A stretch of 64,000 nt of DNA from Nitrospirota bacterium (GTDB lineage: Bacteria; Nitrospirota; UBA9217), in assembly GCA_029858565.1 (NCBI GenBank), contig JAOUEV010000003.1:32001-96000 (forward strand). Reading direction: 5' to 3'. Both the position numbers and the translations under genes were made by a program. Of the stretch, positions 21,393 through 31,322 are shown piece after piece (positions within the stretch are counted from its first letter, which is position 1; the number at the start of each line of letters is the position of its first letter). The notes under the pieces are model-generated. The model ran no database searches. It was given only the letters and a program-made list of their open reading frames with translations, and had not been told where the DNA came from.

Positions 21393-21602
21393 GTCGTAGG
21401 TTGGGCTGAGTTACACGAAGCCCAACACTCCTATTCGCGACCCTATCGCAGCTTCCAGTCAGGCAGGGTAAAAGCTTACCCTGCCCACAATTTCTCGAAC
21501 ATGATTCGTTGGGCTTCACACGAACCGTTCAGCACAACCTACGACTGATGCACTCAATAATCAATCACGTCGGATTTCGCCTGGCTCTATCCGACCTACG
21601 AC
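21393..21602. repeat. GTAG-type REP-like cluster (inverted doublet plus a third unit)
   Basis: gtcgtaggttgggctgagttacacgaagcccaac...cgttgggcttcacacgaaccgttcagcacaacctacgac; tcggatttcgcctggctctatccgacctacgac. Confidence 0.75.
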
Positions 21603-22603
21603 TGGTCAATATTATCTTCCAAGTAGGTTTTGATGATTTCTTTTTTTGAAATCGGCCTCACTTGGCCTCTTTCAATAATAATGTCCATTTTTACGTGGCT
21701 GACTCCAACAGTTTCCTTCCAAGGCAATTCGAAAGTCTCACTAGTTTCCGGATTTTCAAAACGACACTTGTCTCCCGAGATCCCATTTATCATACGGAGC
21801 CAGCTAATCACATTATTGATGGATGCTGATATCAGTAGAAGCCCATTGGCTAAATTGACTGGGTTCCAGTTATGCGCGTGCCTGCTTGGTCGGAAATTAT
21901 ACTTGTCGCTCGGGTCAATACGATCCGGAACAAAGTATGACGACCCATACAGACTACTTCCTATCAATTCCATTTTTTCTGGTGCTGCCGGGACACCCGG
22001 TTTATCTTCTATTCCAAATGCTAGATGAAAGCCACCTGGCCTCACTCGGAATCCATGTTTTAATCCGTTATATTCTAAAATCATATCGGCATTGACAAAA
22101 TCACTTGCAAAGTGTCGCCATAACCTCCCAAACCCAGATTGAATCCATTCTTTCTTTTCTTCATCATATTTAAGATAGGTGTGGACAAGCTTAGCCAAAT
22201 ACTCCCACGTAACCGGCCGGTCCTTCATTCTTGTATAAATTGATTTATCAAGTGATATTTTTCTGACAAGATCCACAAGATCATTATTTCGATAGCAGAG
22301 AATCCATCCAAGCGAGCACTGAGGGGCCTGTACTGCTGAACAGAGTAACGCGAATAGAGTTTCCAAACCATGGTAATAGGCAAGTCGCAACGACAAAGCC
22401 GCCTTTTGTTTGTCTGCCCCTTCCAGATGATCTGACTGCGTCCTTACAATATAGTCGAAATAATCGGGTTCGAATCCTTCAAGAAACTCTAGATTCTTTT
22501 TCACCAATTCCATATCCCAAAAGGCAAAAGGTGTTTCATTGACTACAAACCTAATCACTTCCATAATCATATTCCTCGTAGAGTCTGATAACGGGGTAGC
22601 CAT
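21596..22603 (-). CDS. Hypothetical protein, possibly a divergent HEPN
   Basis: 335 aa low-GC ORF; YHGLETLFALL...EYNGLKHG. Confidence 0.6.
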   Translation of the reverse strand: MATPLSDSTRNMIMEVIRFVVNETPFAFWDMELVKKNLEFLEGFEPDYFDYIVRTQSDHLEGADKQKAALSLRLAYYHGLETLFALLCSAVQAPQCSLGWILCYRNNDLVDLVRKISLDKSIYTRMKDRPVTWEYLAKLVHTYLKYDEEKKEWIQSGFGRLWRHFASDFVNADMILEYNGLKHGFRVRPGGFHLAFGIEDKPGVPAAPEKMELIGSSLYGSSYFVPDRIDPSDKYNFRPSRHAHNWNPVNLANGLLLISASINNVISWLRMINGISGDKCRFENPETSETFELPWKETVGVSHVKMDIIIERGQVRPISKKEIIKTYLEDNIDQS

Positions 22604-22937
22604 GGGATCGCTTTTTGATAGGCTAATTCCGGGACGTTGATGCTTTTAATGCATTGCGACCAAAATTACGGAATGTAATCTGTATCAGCCTATCACGTTC
22701 GTCCGCTGTAGCTTACAGGAAGTTATCTTGGTTAGTGGTTCGCGACGGTTAGGAGTATATCAGAAACCTACGAACGGATAAAGCGAAATAATGGGAGTAT
22801 GCCGGGACTTCGGTCACGATCGGAGAGCTTGCATAAACGTTGAGCGCGGACTGCGGACGGTCGGGCAGGGACTGCGATTTAGCTCTTGTAAACACACGAT
22901 ACTATCAGGTAAAATCTTCATCGTTGGAGGGGGACCC

Positions 22938-23783
22938 ATGCGGATCGCGGGCATACAAACAGGCGCTTCTCACGACGTGGACAGGAACATCACCCACGCT
23001 GTGGAGCTTGCCGAGATAGCGGCGGAAAAAGGCGCAAAGTCCATTTGCTTCTCCGAACTGTGCCTCACGCCGTGGTTCCTGCGGCATGAGGACAAGAAAT
23101 ACCTGGAGCTTGCCCGTGAGCGTTCCAGCGGCATCCTTGATCCTTTCCTGGCATCATCGCTCAAGACCAAGACCGTCATCGTACTCCCCTTTTTCGAGAG
23201 GTATGATGGCAGGTTTTTCAGCAGCGCGGCCGTCATGGACTGCGGCGTTCTGAAGGGTGTTTACCGCAAGGTCCATATTCCCGATCTTCCCCTGTACAAG
23301 GAGCGGTTCTATCTCAGCTCCGGAGACGGCGACTTTCCGGTCTTCGAGACCTCGCACGGCAGGATCGGCGTGCAGCTCTGCTGGGACAACCTGTTCCCCG
23401 AAGGAACGCGCATCCTGGCGCTCAAGGGCGCGGATTTGGTCTTTGCTCCCACGGCCGCGTCGCAGGATACCCATGCGCACTGGGAACGGGCGATCTCCGC
23501 GAACGCTTTTGCGAACAACCTGACCGTGTTCCGGGTGAACCGCGTGGGGACCGAGGACGGGCTTGTGTTCTACGGCAGGAGTTTCTGCGCAGGACCCTGG
23601 GGAGACATGGTCTCGGAGCTGGCAGGCAGCAAGGAGGCGATCGTGATGGCCGAGGTCGACCCTCGCGAGCGCGACACGGCGCGGGAGACCTGGGGATTCC
23701 TGAACCATCGGCAACCGTCAGCGTACAGGGATATTATCAATGACCGGCCGGGGCCGGGCGCATCAAGGGAGCAGAAGAACTGA
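22938..23783 (+). CDS. Carbon-nitrogen hydrolase (nitrilase/N-carbamoylamidase family)
   Basis: Glu-Lys-Cys triad: FSEL, YRKVHIP, QLCWDNLFPE. Confidence 0.92.
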   Translation: MRIAGIQTGASHDVDRNITHAVELAEIAAEKGAKSICFSELCLTPWFLRHEDKKYLELARERSSGILDPFLASSLKTKTVIVLPFFERYDGRFFSSAAVMDCGVLKGVYRKVHIPDLPLYKERFYLSSGDGDFPVFETSHGRIGVQLCWDNLFPEGTRILALKGADLVFAPTAASQDTHAHWERAISANAFANNLTVFRVNRVGTEDGLVFYGRSFCAGPWGDMVSELAGSKEAIVMAEVDPRERDTARETWGFLNHRQPSAYRDIINDRPGPGASREQKN

Positions 23784-23785
23784 TC

Positions 23786-24454
23786 ATGGGAAATGTCCAG
23801 CAGATAGAGTTCATGAAAGACCTTGCCCCGAGACTCCGGGGGCCTATCCTCGAGATCGGCAGCAAGCGCTATGGCGGCTACCCGATGTTCTTTGACTACC
23901 GGACCCTCTTCCCCGAGGGTACGAAGTATGTTGGCGCGGACATGGAGGCAGGCGACGGTGTCGATGCGGTTGCCGATCTGACGGAGGATATCGAGGTGAT
24001 CCGTCAGAAGCTTGGTACGGCGAGCTTCCAGACCATTATCTGCTTGAGCGTAATGGAGCACGTCGGCGACATAGCGGCTTTTTCCCGCAACGTGGAAGCC
24101 TTGCTGGAGCCCGGCGGCACGCTGGTGCTCTCGGTGCCCTTTGTCTGGGAGATCCACGCGTATCCTTACGATTACTGGCGCTTCACGCCCCGCGCCATCG
24201 AATTCCTCTACCGGAACATTGCATTTGATCCCGCGATCAGCCGCCTGCATACTGACACCGGGCGGGTGGCGAGCCTGCGTGATGTCGGGGATGACATGAA
24301 CCGGTTCGTGAAGATGATCTACAAGCCCGGCGGCAAGAAGACGATCGGCCAGCGGGTCCGGATCATGGGCTACTCCCTGTTCCGCAGGATGCTCGGCCTT
24401 GGCAAGAATCCCCTCTATAACACCCATATCGAGATGGTCGGACGCAGGAAGTAG
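23786..24454 (+). CDS. Class I SAM-dependent methyltransferase
   Basis: ILEIGS, YVGADM, SVMEHV, LEPGG, HAYPYDYWRFT. Confidence 0.85.
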   Translation: MGNVQQIEFMKDLAPRLRGPILEIGSKRYGGYPMFFDYRTLFPEGTKYVGADMEAGDGVDAVADLTEDIEVIRQKLGTASFQTIICLSVMEHVGDIAAFSRNVEALLEPGGTLVLSVPFVWEIHAYPYDYWRFTPRAIEFLYRNIAFDPAISRLHTDTGRVASLRDVGDDMNRFVKMIYKPGGKKTIGQRVRIMGYSLFRRMLGLGKNPLYNTHIEMVGRRK

Positions 24455-24524
24455 GGTCCGCAGCAGTACACGCCTCAGCTTAATTACGGGTTTACATTCC
24501 CTCCATGCTATGTTACAAATCATC

Positions 24525-27302
24525 ATGACGCAGTTTCTCCGTCTGTGCTCCGCTCTCTGCCTTACCCTGCTGCTCCTTCCCGTCTCCGCCGCGGCCGGGG
24601 ATCTCTTTGGCCTCCCCATACGATCGATCATGCATGTTGATGAAGACGGCGCGCCCTGGCCCGAGGCAGACAGTCTTCTGCCGCTTCTCATGGTCAAGCC
24701 GGGCGATCGCCTCGACGCTGAGACGGTCCGCGAAGGGATCACGAACCTCTATCTCAAGCGGCAGTTCCGGGACGTCCGGGTCGAGGCCTATGGGGAGAAC
24801 GGCGGCGTGGCGCTTGTTGTACACTTGACACCAGTCACCATCGTGGACAAGATCGTTCTGCGGGGCAACCACTCCCTGTCCGATCGGGCGATCAAGGATG
24901 CCATGGCCGGCATGGTAGGCAGGGAGCTTCGCGAGGAACAGTATCCCGACATCAGGATGAGCATCCAGGCGCTTTATCAGGCTGAGGGCTTCTACGGCGT
25001 GCGCGTGAACTTCAGGTCGGAGAAAGCCTCCCGGCCCCATGCCGTGCATCTGTATGTCTATGTGATCGAACCGAAGCGGACGGTTATCGAGAAGGTCCGT
25101 TTCAGGGGAAATACCGTGTTCGCGGAGAAGGAACTGGCTTCCGCGATGCAGAACAGGGCAGGGACACCGCTCCTGACCAATGTCCTGTTCGAGCAGGACC
25201 TGCCCGCGATCCAGCGGATATATGCAGAGGCCGGGTACCCGGCTGCCCAGCCCGGACCGGTCAGCATGAGCTTTAAGGAGGAGCGGGCGTTCCTGGATAT
25301 CGGCGGCAGTGAGGGGCCGAAGGTGACGGTTTCCTTTGGCGGCAACCGGGTGTTCAGCGATAGAGAGCTCGGGGAGCTTCTGATACTGCGTCAGGAGCAT
25401 GATGTGTCGGACACGGTGATCGAGAGCAGCGCGGAAAAGATCCGCAACGCCTACCGGGACGAAGGCTACGCCGATGTGAAGGTCGAAACAGCAAAAAGGA
25501 CCGGCAGTCCGGCGGCATTGCACATTCACTTCGCGGTCACCGAAGGCCCGCGGGTGATCGTGGAAACCGTGCGCGTGGAGGGCAACAGCAGTCTGGGCAC
25601 CACGGAGATCCTCGACATCATGGAGACCAAGGGTACCCGCTGGTACCGTCGAGCAAGGCCTTTTCGCGAAGACCTGCTTGAAAAGGACCGTGATCACGTC
25701 CTGGACCGTTATAATGCCGCCGGCTTTCTCAACGCCGAGGTCAAGATTATCGTAGCGCGGTCCGCGGATGGGAAAACAGCGACCATCACGCTGAAGATCG
25801 TTGAGGGGATGAAGACCCTGGTGGGGAACATTTCCTTTGAAGGAAATGCACTTTTCCCGAGGGAAGAACTGGCCTCGATTGTGGCTGTCAAGTCCGGAAT
25901 GCCCTACAGCGACCGCATGGTGGAGGAGGATAAATACCGCCTGCTGACGCGCTACGCTGCAAAAGGATACCTCTATGCCCGGGTGGATGCGGAAAAGCGA
26001 TCCGTTGCCGGAGAAGGCCAGACAGAGGTAATGGACATCCAGTTCCGCATCACCGAGGACAAGCTGGTCACGGTCGGCACGGTCATCCTTCGGGGAAACG
26101 CCTATACCCGCGACTGGGTCCTGATGCGGGAGCTGGAGCCGAAAAAAGGCGAACCTTACAGCTACGAAAAGATACTGCAGAGCCAGCAGCGGGTCTACCG
26201 GTACGGTTATTTCAGCCAGGCGCGATACGAGCCCATAAAACCCTTTGAACGGACCTACCAGAAGGATATGCTTTTCACAGTGGAGGAGCGCCCCGCAGGC
26301 GCCGTGGAGTTCGGCGTGGGGTACGGCGACCTGGACCGCTTGCGCGGGTTCGTGGAGCTGTCCCACCGCAACCTCTGGGGCACGGCGCGTTACGCGAGCC
26401 TGCGGCTCGAGGGAAGCGATATCCTGAAGCGCGCGGCGGCAACGTTCCAGGAGCCCTGGTTCCTGGGACATCGGCTCCAAAGCCACCTTACCCTTGCATG
26501 GTCGGACCGTAAGAACATCAACCAGGACACGCGGGACGTGAACTACCAGACCAGGAAGACCACCGCGGCCTACGGTATTGACAAGCTCTACAACGGTTTC
26601 AAGAGCTCCCTGACCTACCAGTTCGAGAACGTGGACAACTACAACGTCAAGCCCGAGGCGCAGCTCAGCTTCGAGGACAGCGGCAGGGTCCTGATCTCCA
26701 GCCTGAACCCGGCGGTCATCTGGGACCTGCGCGACGATCCTTTCAATCCTACCCGCGGCGGCATTCACGGCATCGTGGTGAAGGAATCAATGAAGGAGCT
26801 GGGTTCCGAGGCGGTATTCACCAAGGCTTCGGTCCAGAGCTCCTGGTTCTTCGGGCTTTTCGGCAGATCCGTTCTTGCCCTGTCGGGCCGCGCCGGAATG
26901 GCCTGGGCCCACCAGGACACCGAGGTCGTCCCCATCCACGAGCGGTTCTATCTTGGCGGCGGTACCACGATCCGGGGCTACACGCAGGATTCCGTCGGGC
27001 CCTACATCGTTGATGCGGCAGGCGAGCGGATCCCGACCGGCGGCTCCAGCATGGCGCAATTGAACGCCGAAGTCCGGGTGAACAGTACCACCGGAGGAGG
27101 GGGGATCGTCCTTTTCACCGACGGAGGCAACGTGTGGATCGACAAGAAGATCCGGCCCGACGATCTCCGGGCATCCTACGGCATCGGTCTCCGGTACAAT
27201 ACGCCGGTCGGCCCGCTGCGCGTGGATTACGGCCAGAAGATCCACCGGAGGTCGGGCGAGACACCCGGGGAACTGCATTTCAATATCGGCCATGCGTTCT
27301 GA
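24525..27302 (+). CDS. Omp85/BamA-family outer-membrane assembly factor with about 7 POTRA domains
   Basis: Repeated '(I/V)..(I/V).F.GN' POTRA starts, ERFYLGGGTTIRGY, TPVGPLRVDYG, terminal IGHAF. Confidence 0.9.
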   Translation: MTQFLRLCSALCLTLLLLPVSAAAGDLFGLPIRSIMHVDEDGAPWPEADSLLPLLMVKPGDRLDAETVREGITNLYLKRQFRDVRVEAYGENGGVALVVHLTPVTIVDKIVLRGNHSLSDRAIKDAMAGMVGRELREEQYPDIRMSIQALYQAEGFYGVRVNFRSEKASRPHAVHLYVYVIEPKRTVIEKVRFRGNTVFAEKELASAMQNRAGTPLLTNVLFEQDLPAIQRIYAEAGYPAAQPGPVSMSFKEERAFLDIGGSEGPKVTVSFGGNRVFSDRELGELLILRQEHDVSDTVIESSAEKIRNAYRDEGYADVKVETAKRTGSPAALHIHFAVTEGPRVIVETVRVEGNSSLGTTEILDIMETKGTRWYRRARPFREDLLEKDRDHVLDRYNAAGFLNAEVKIIVARSADGKTATITLKIVEGMKTLVGNISFEGNALFPREELASIVAVKSGMPYSDRMVEEDKYRLLTRYAAKGYLYARVDAEKRSVAGEGQTEVMDIQFRITEDKLVTVGTVILRGNAYTRDWVLMRELEPKKGEPYSYEKILQSQQRVYRYGYFSQARYEPIKPFERTYQKDMLFTVEERPAGAVEFGVGYGDLDRLRGFVELSHRNLWGTARYASLRLEGSDILKRAAATFQEPWFLGHRLQSHLTLAWSDRKNINQDTRDVNYQTRKTTAAYGIDKLYNGFKSSLTYQFENVDNYNVKPEAQLSFEDSGRVLISSLNPAVIWDLRDDPFNPTRGGIHGIVVKESMKELGSEAVFTKASVQSSWFFGLFGRSVLALSGRAGMAWAHQDTEVVPIHERFYLGGGTTIRGYTQDSVGPYIVDAAGERIPTGGSSMAQLNAEVRVNSTTGGGGIVLFTDGGNVWIDKKIRPDDLRASYGIGLRYNTPVGPLRVDYGQKIHRRSGETPGELHFNIGHAF

Positions 27303-27465
27303 GCTAATTTCCCCTTAGAGATCACGTCATGATCCAGCTTTTCCAATCCTGGCAGTAGAGCTTCAAAAACATTGACTCCGCTCCCTTGCCCAACTGGACG
27401 TTCCTCCCAGGCGGTGGTATTATTGAGTACGCGGACCCGCTGTCCGGTCCCTTCCCTATTACAAT

Positions 27466-29397
27466 ATGAAGATCCATAGAAGACTGATCGTCCTTGTCGG
27501 CCTCGGTATGCTGCTCATCATGAGCATCACCGTGCTGTCGCTGCTCAACATAACGGCCGAGTTTACGGCGTCCATGCGGCGGATGGGGCAGATATCGCTG
27601 GAGGTCAAGCGGATATGGACCATCGAGCAGAGGATCGGCGACGCGACGCGGGCGGTGCGCAGATACGTTGAGACCGGCGACAGCCGCTTCAAGGCGAACT
27701 ATGCGAGCTTTCATGACGAGATCAAGCGGGAGCTGGACGAGACCCGTTCCCTGACGCTGGTCGACCGGGAACTTGTGCTCATTACGGCTTTGATCAATGA
27801 TTTCCGCACGATGGAAGAGCAGGCGGAGCGGATCTTTTCACTGCCCCTGAATTCTTCCCGCGACCGCGCAGCTGCGAAGCCCATCCTTGCGGACCTGGAC
27901 AATCTGGTCATCTGGACGCAGCACGATATCGAACGCTACCGCGAGGACAATGCCACCAAGCTCGACGAGGTTGCATCGGAGCTGGGCGGGACGAAAGTCC
28001 GCATCAGTTTCCTCTTTGGTCTGATCCTGGTCACCATGGTCGGGCTTCTTTTCGCTTTGGGGATCTATCTCTACCGCAAGGTCTCCCTGCCGTTGTCCCA
28101 GCTCTGGGCCGGCACCGGCGAGATCAGCCGGGGAAACCTTGATTATCAGGTGCAGGTCCGCGGCGAGAACGATATTGTGCACCTTGCTGAACGGTTCAAT
28201 GAGATGTCGCAAAAGCTCAAGGTCTCCTATGCGGCCCTTGAAGATCGGCTCCTGGATCGGACAAAGCAGCTCACCGCGCTGAACTCGGTCTCCCTGACCC
28301 TGGGCCAGGGCGGCTCCCTCCGTGAGGTGCTGCAGCGTTCGCTGACAACGGTCCTCCAGAGCTTTGCGGACATGGCGCCGCGCGGCGGCATCTTTTTGTG
28401 CGAACCCGACGGCGAAACGCTCCATCTCGTCGCCCATGTGGGCCTGCCCCGCGATTTCGCGGTCAAGGAAGAGCGGATCCGGATGGGTGAATGCCTCTGC
28501 GGCATCGCGGCCCAGACCGGCGAGGTCATCTACACCGAGCAGGGATGCAGCGATCCCCGCCATACGCGGCAGGCCTGGTCTGTGGCCGGGGCTCATATCG
28601 TCGTGCCGATAAAATCACGCGGGATCGTGCTGGGCGTCATGTTCCTCTATCCGGCGCGACAGTTCAGCCTGAAGCAGTCCGACCTGCAGCTGTTCGATAC
28701 TATCGGCGCCGGCCTCGGCATGGCCGTGGAGAACCTGCGGCTCTACGGCGAGGTGAAGCAATCCAGCCACCGCTACTGGGACCTTTTTGAAAAGTCCCGT
28801 GACATCCTGTTCACCATGGACATGGAGGGACGGCTTACCTCGGCGAACGAGGCAATGGAGCATTTCACCGGCAGGCCCAAGTCCGGCATCATCGGCGCCA
28901 ACATCGTCGATTTCCTTGCCGATGACGGGAAAGCGCTGATCCGCCGCATCCTGATCGGAGAGGAGCCCCTTGCCGACCGGATCCATGAGATCGAGATGAC
29001 GCGGCCCAACGGGGAGCGGGCGTTCCTCGAGATCAGCGGCAGGAGCCTGTTCCAGCTCAATAAGCCGCTGGGATTCCAGATCGCCGCGCGGGACGTGACC
29101 GAGCAGAAGATCCTTCGCGAATTGGTGGTCCAGGCGGAACGGCTCGCGGCCATCGGACAGATCATGGTCACGGTCCGGCACGAGGTCAACAATCCGCTCA
29201 CCACCGTGATCGGGAATATCGAGCTTCTGATCGACCGGTACGGACAGGGCGACGGCGATCTCAAAAGGCGCCTCGAGACGGTGCTGGACAATTCGCTGCG
29301 CATCTCCGAGATCATCAAACGGCTTCAGGAGATCAAGGAGGTCAAGACCGTTGACTATGTGAAGGGTGTGAAAATGACCGATCCGGGGTCCCGCTAG
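27466..29397 (+). CDS. Sensor protein: 2TM-HAMP-GAF-PAS-HisKA, no ATPase domain
   Basis: HAMP (ISRGNLD...FNEM), GAF, PAS (ARDVTE), H-box RHEVNNPLT; ends about 70 aa later with no N/G1/G2 boxes. Confidence 0.85.
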   Translation: MKIHRRLIVLVGLGMLLIMSITVLSLLNITAEFTASMRRMGQISLEVKRIWTIEQRIGDATRAVRRYVETGDSRFKANYASFHDEIKRELDETRSLTLVDRELVLITALINDFRTMEEQAERIFSLPLNSSRDRAAAKPILADLDNLVIWTQHDIERYREDNATKLDEVASELGGTKVRISFLFGLILVTMVGLLFALGIYLYRKVSLPLSQLWAGTGEISRGNLDYQVQVRGENDIVHLAERFNEMSQKLKVSYAALEDRLLDRTKQLTALNSVSLTLGQGGSLREVLQRSLTTVLQSFADMAPRGGIFLCEPDGETLHLVAHVGLPRDFAVKEERIRMGECLCGIAAQTGEVIYTEQGCSDPRHTRQAWSVAGAHIVVPIKSRGIVLGVMFLYPARQFSLKQSDLQLFDTIGAGLGMAVENLRLYGEVKQSSHRYWDLFEKSRDILFTMDMEGRLTSANEAMEHFTGRPKSGIIGANIVDFLADDGKALIRRILIGEEPLADRIHEIEMTRPNGERAFLEISGRSLFQLNKPLGFQIAARDVTEQKILRELVVQAERLAAIGQIMVTVRHEVNNPLTTVIGNIELLIDRYGQGDGDLKRRLETVLDNSLRISEIIKRLQEIKEVKTVDYVKGVKMTDPGSR

Positions 29398-30060
29398 ATG
29401 ACCTGGAGGCGCGGCAAGAGGGACAGGCCGTGGACCGGTCTGCTCGCGGCGGTGGCGGCTGTTGCGCAGCTCCTCATCGCGGCACCTGCCGGCGCGGAGC
29501 TGGTCGACCGGGTTATCGCCGCGGTGAACAACGATGTGATCACCCGCAGCGAGCTCCGGCAGGCGGTCATGTTCAACCTCAGCCTGTCCGGCGGGAGCGA
29601 GGCCGGCCGCAAGGTCGAAGCAGAGACGCTGGAAGGCCTGATCAACCGGAAGCTGCTGCTGCAGGAAGCCTATCGTCTGCGCTATGTCGAGGTGACCGAT
29701 CAGGACGCGGCTGAGGAGGTCAAGAAGCTCCGCGCCAGGCTCGGAACGGAGCAGGCGTTCCAGGACCTGCTGGAGCGCACCGGCATGACCGGGGACAGGC
29801 TTGCCCGCCTTCTGGGAGAGCGCCTCCTGGTGGAGCGTTTCATTGACAAGAAGATCGGGATCTTTGCCCGTGTCAACCGCGACGAGGTCGAGCAGTACTA
29901 CCGCGAGCATGGGACGGAATTCAGCGGCAAGCGTTTCCCCGAGGTCCAGAAGCAGATCACCGCTTTCCTGACCCAGCAGAAGACGCTCCAGCAGCTCGAT
30001 CTGTATATCGCTGAACTGCGGGGCAGGGCGGATATACGGATCAATGGGATGGAAGAGTGA
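29398..30060 (+). CDS. SurA N-terminal domain chaperone
   Basis: VDRVIAAVNNDVITRSEL, LINRKLLLQEA, ELRGRADIRI. Confidence 0.85.
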   Translation: MTWRRGKRDRPWTGLLAAVAAVAQLLIAAPAGAELVDRVIAAVNNDVITRSELRQAVMFNLSLSGGSEAGRKVEAETLEGLINRKLLLQEAYRLRYVEVTDQDAAEEVKKLRARLGTEQAFQDLLERTGMTGDRLARLLGERLLVERFIDKKIGIFARVNRDEVEQYYREHGTEFSGKRFPEVQKQITAFLTQQKTLQQLDLYIAELRGRADIRINGMEE

Positions 30061-30094
30061 CTAGTGACGAGAGACGAGTGAGGAAAAGGGCTTT

Positions 30095-31033
30095 ATGAAA
30101 AAAATCATCATATCCGCGGTCGCGATTGCCCTGCTTGCCGGTCTGTCCGGTTGCACGTTGCTCAAAGTGAACGTTCTGGAGGAGCTCCAGCCCTTTGAAG
30201 AGAAGGTCATCGCCGGCAGCGGCAGCGACAAGGTCCTGGTCATCGACCTCACCGGCGTGATCATGAGCGGCGACAGCGGCGGGATCGGCGACCGGAAAAA
30301 ACCCGGCCTTCTGGCAAAGATGCGCGAGACCCTGGATTGCGCGCGGTCGGACAAGAGCATCAAGGCTGTGGTACTCCGGATCAGCAGCCCCGGAGGCGGG
30401 GTCACGGCATCGGACACGCTCTATCATGAACTGAAGCGTTACAAGCAGGAAGCCGGGGTGACCCTGGTCGCCCATATCATGGATGTGGGGGCTTCAGGCG
30501 CCTATTACGCCGCGCTCGCGGCGGACGCGATCACAGCCCAGCCTACGAGCATTACCGGCAGCATCGGCGTGATCATGTACCGCGTGGATGCCACCGCGCT
30601 CATGCAGAAGATCGGGGTCCAGGCCGTTGCCATCGCTTCGAACGAGCGCAAGAGCATGGGTTCTCCCTTCCGTCCCTTTACCGAGGAAGAGCGCAAGCAT
30701 TTCCAGGGAGTGATCGACACGCTCTACGGCCGCTTCGCAGGTCTTGTTGCCGAGGAACGCAAGATGACCCCCGATGCGGTGAAGCTGGTGGCCGATGGCA
30801 GGATCCTTATGAGCGATGAGGCGCGCAAGGCCGGCCTGATCGACGGGATCGGATATCTCGATGATGCGGTCGCGCTGGCGAAGAAGAAGGCCGGGCTCAA
30901 GGAAGCATCGGTCGTCATGTACCATCGCCCGGGTGAATACCGCGCCAACCTCTACTCCCAGAACCTGGTATCCATAGACATGGGCGCATGGACCGATGCC
31001 GGCGCGCAGTTCCTCTATCTGTGGTGGCCCTGA
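30095..31033 (+). CDS. sppA: Signal peptide peptidase SppA (36K type lipoprotein)
   Basis: LRISSPGG, GASGAYY, TGSIGVI, DGR; lipobox LSGC. Confidence 0.93.
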   Translation: MKKIIISAVAIALLAGLSGCTLLKVNVLEELQPFEEKVIAGSGSDKVLVIDLTGVIMSGDSGGIGDRKKPGLLAKMRETLDCARSDKSIKAVVLRISSPGGGVTASDTLYHELKRYKQEAGVTLVAHIMDVGASGAYYAALAADAITAQPTSITGSIGVIMYRVDATALMQKIGVQAVAIASNERKSMGSPFRPFTEEERKHFQGVIDTLYGRFAGLVAEERKMTPDAVKLVADGRILMSDEARKAGLIDGIGYLDDAVALAKKKAGLKEASVVMYHRPGEYRANLYSQNLVSIDMGAWTDAGAQFLYLWWP

Positions 31034-31266
31034 CCTGCATAAGCCGGAAGCAAAGCGCTTGTGACCACGGGCGTCGACGCCGCGCATTGATGGCAACGAA
31101 ATCTGGGCACCACTTTTTAACAAGATGCCGGTCAGCCACAAAAAGCACATAACGCGCAAAAGGGATTAAAGGCAACAATTGGCTGCCTTTTTTTTGTGAA
31201 TTCTGTGCCTTTTGCGGCCAATCCCGTTCCCTCCTCCTTCCTGTTCACTACAATCCAAGATATTTC

Positions 31267-31295
31267 TTGCAGAGGTCTGGGGTATTGTGTAAAAT
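31267..31295 (+). promoter_or_regulatory. Sigma70-type promoter for the TPR gene
   Basis: TTGCAG-17 bp-TAAAAT with TG extension. Confidence 0.5.
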
Positions 31296-31322
31296 TCGAC
31301 ACAGTCTGTTCAAGGGAGCGCG

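Noticed and set aside
21393-21602. CRISPR-like repeats
   Set aside because: The units are inverted and irregular, with no constant spacer length and no cas genes
22604-22930. attI site or integrase at the head of the cassette array
   Set aside because: No tyrosine-recombinase ORF and no convincing attI; the upstream extension of the nitrilase ORF (22791-22937) looks non-coding
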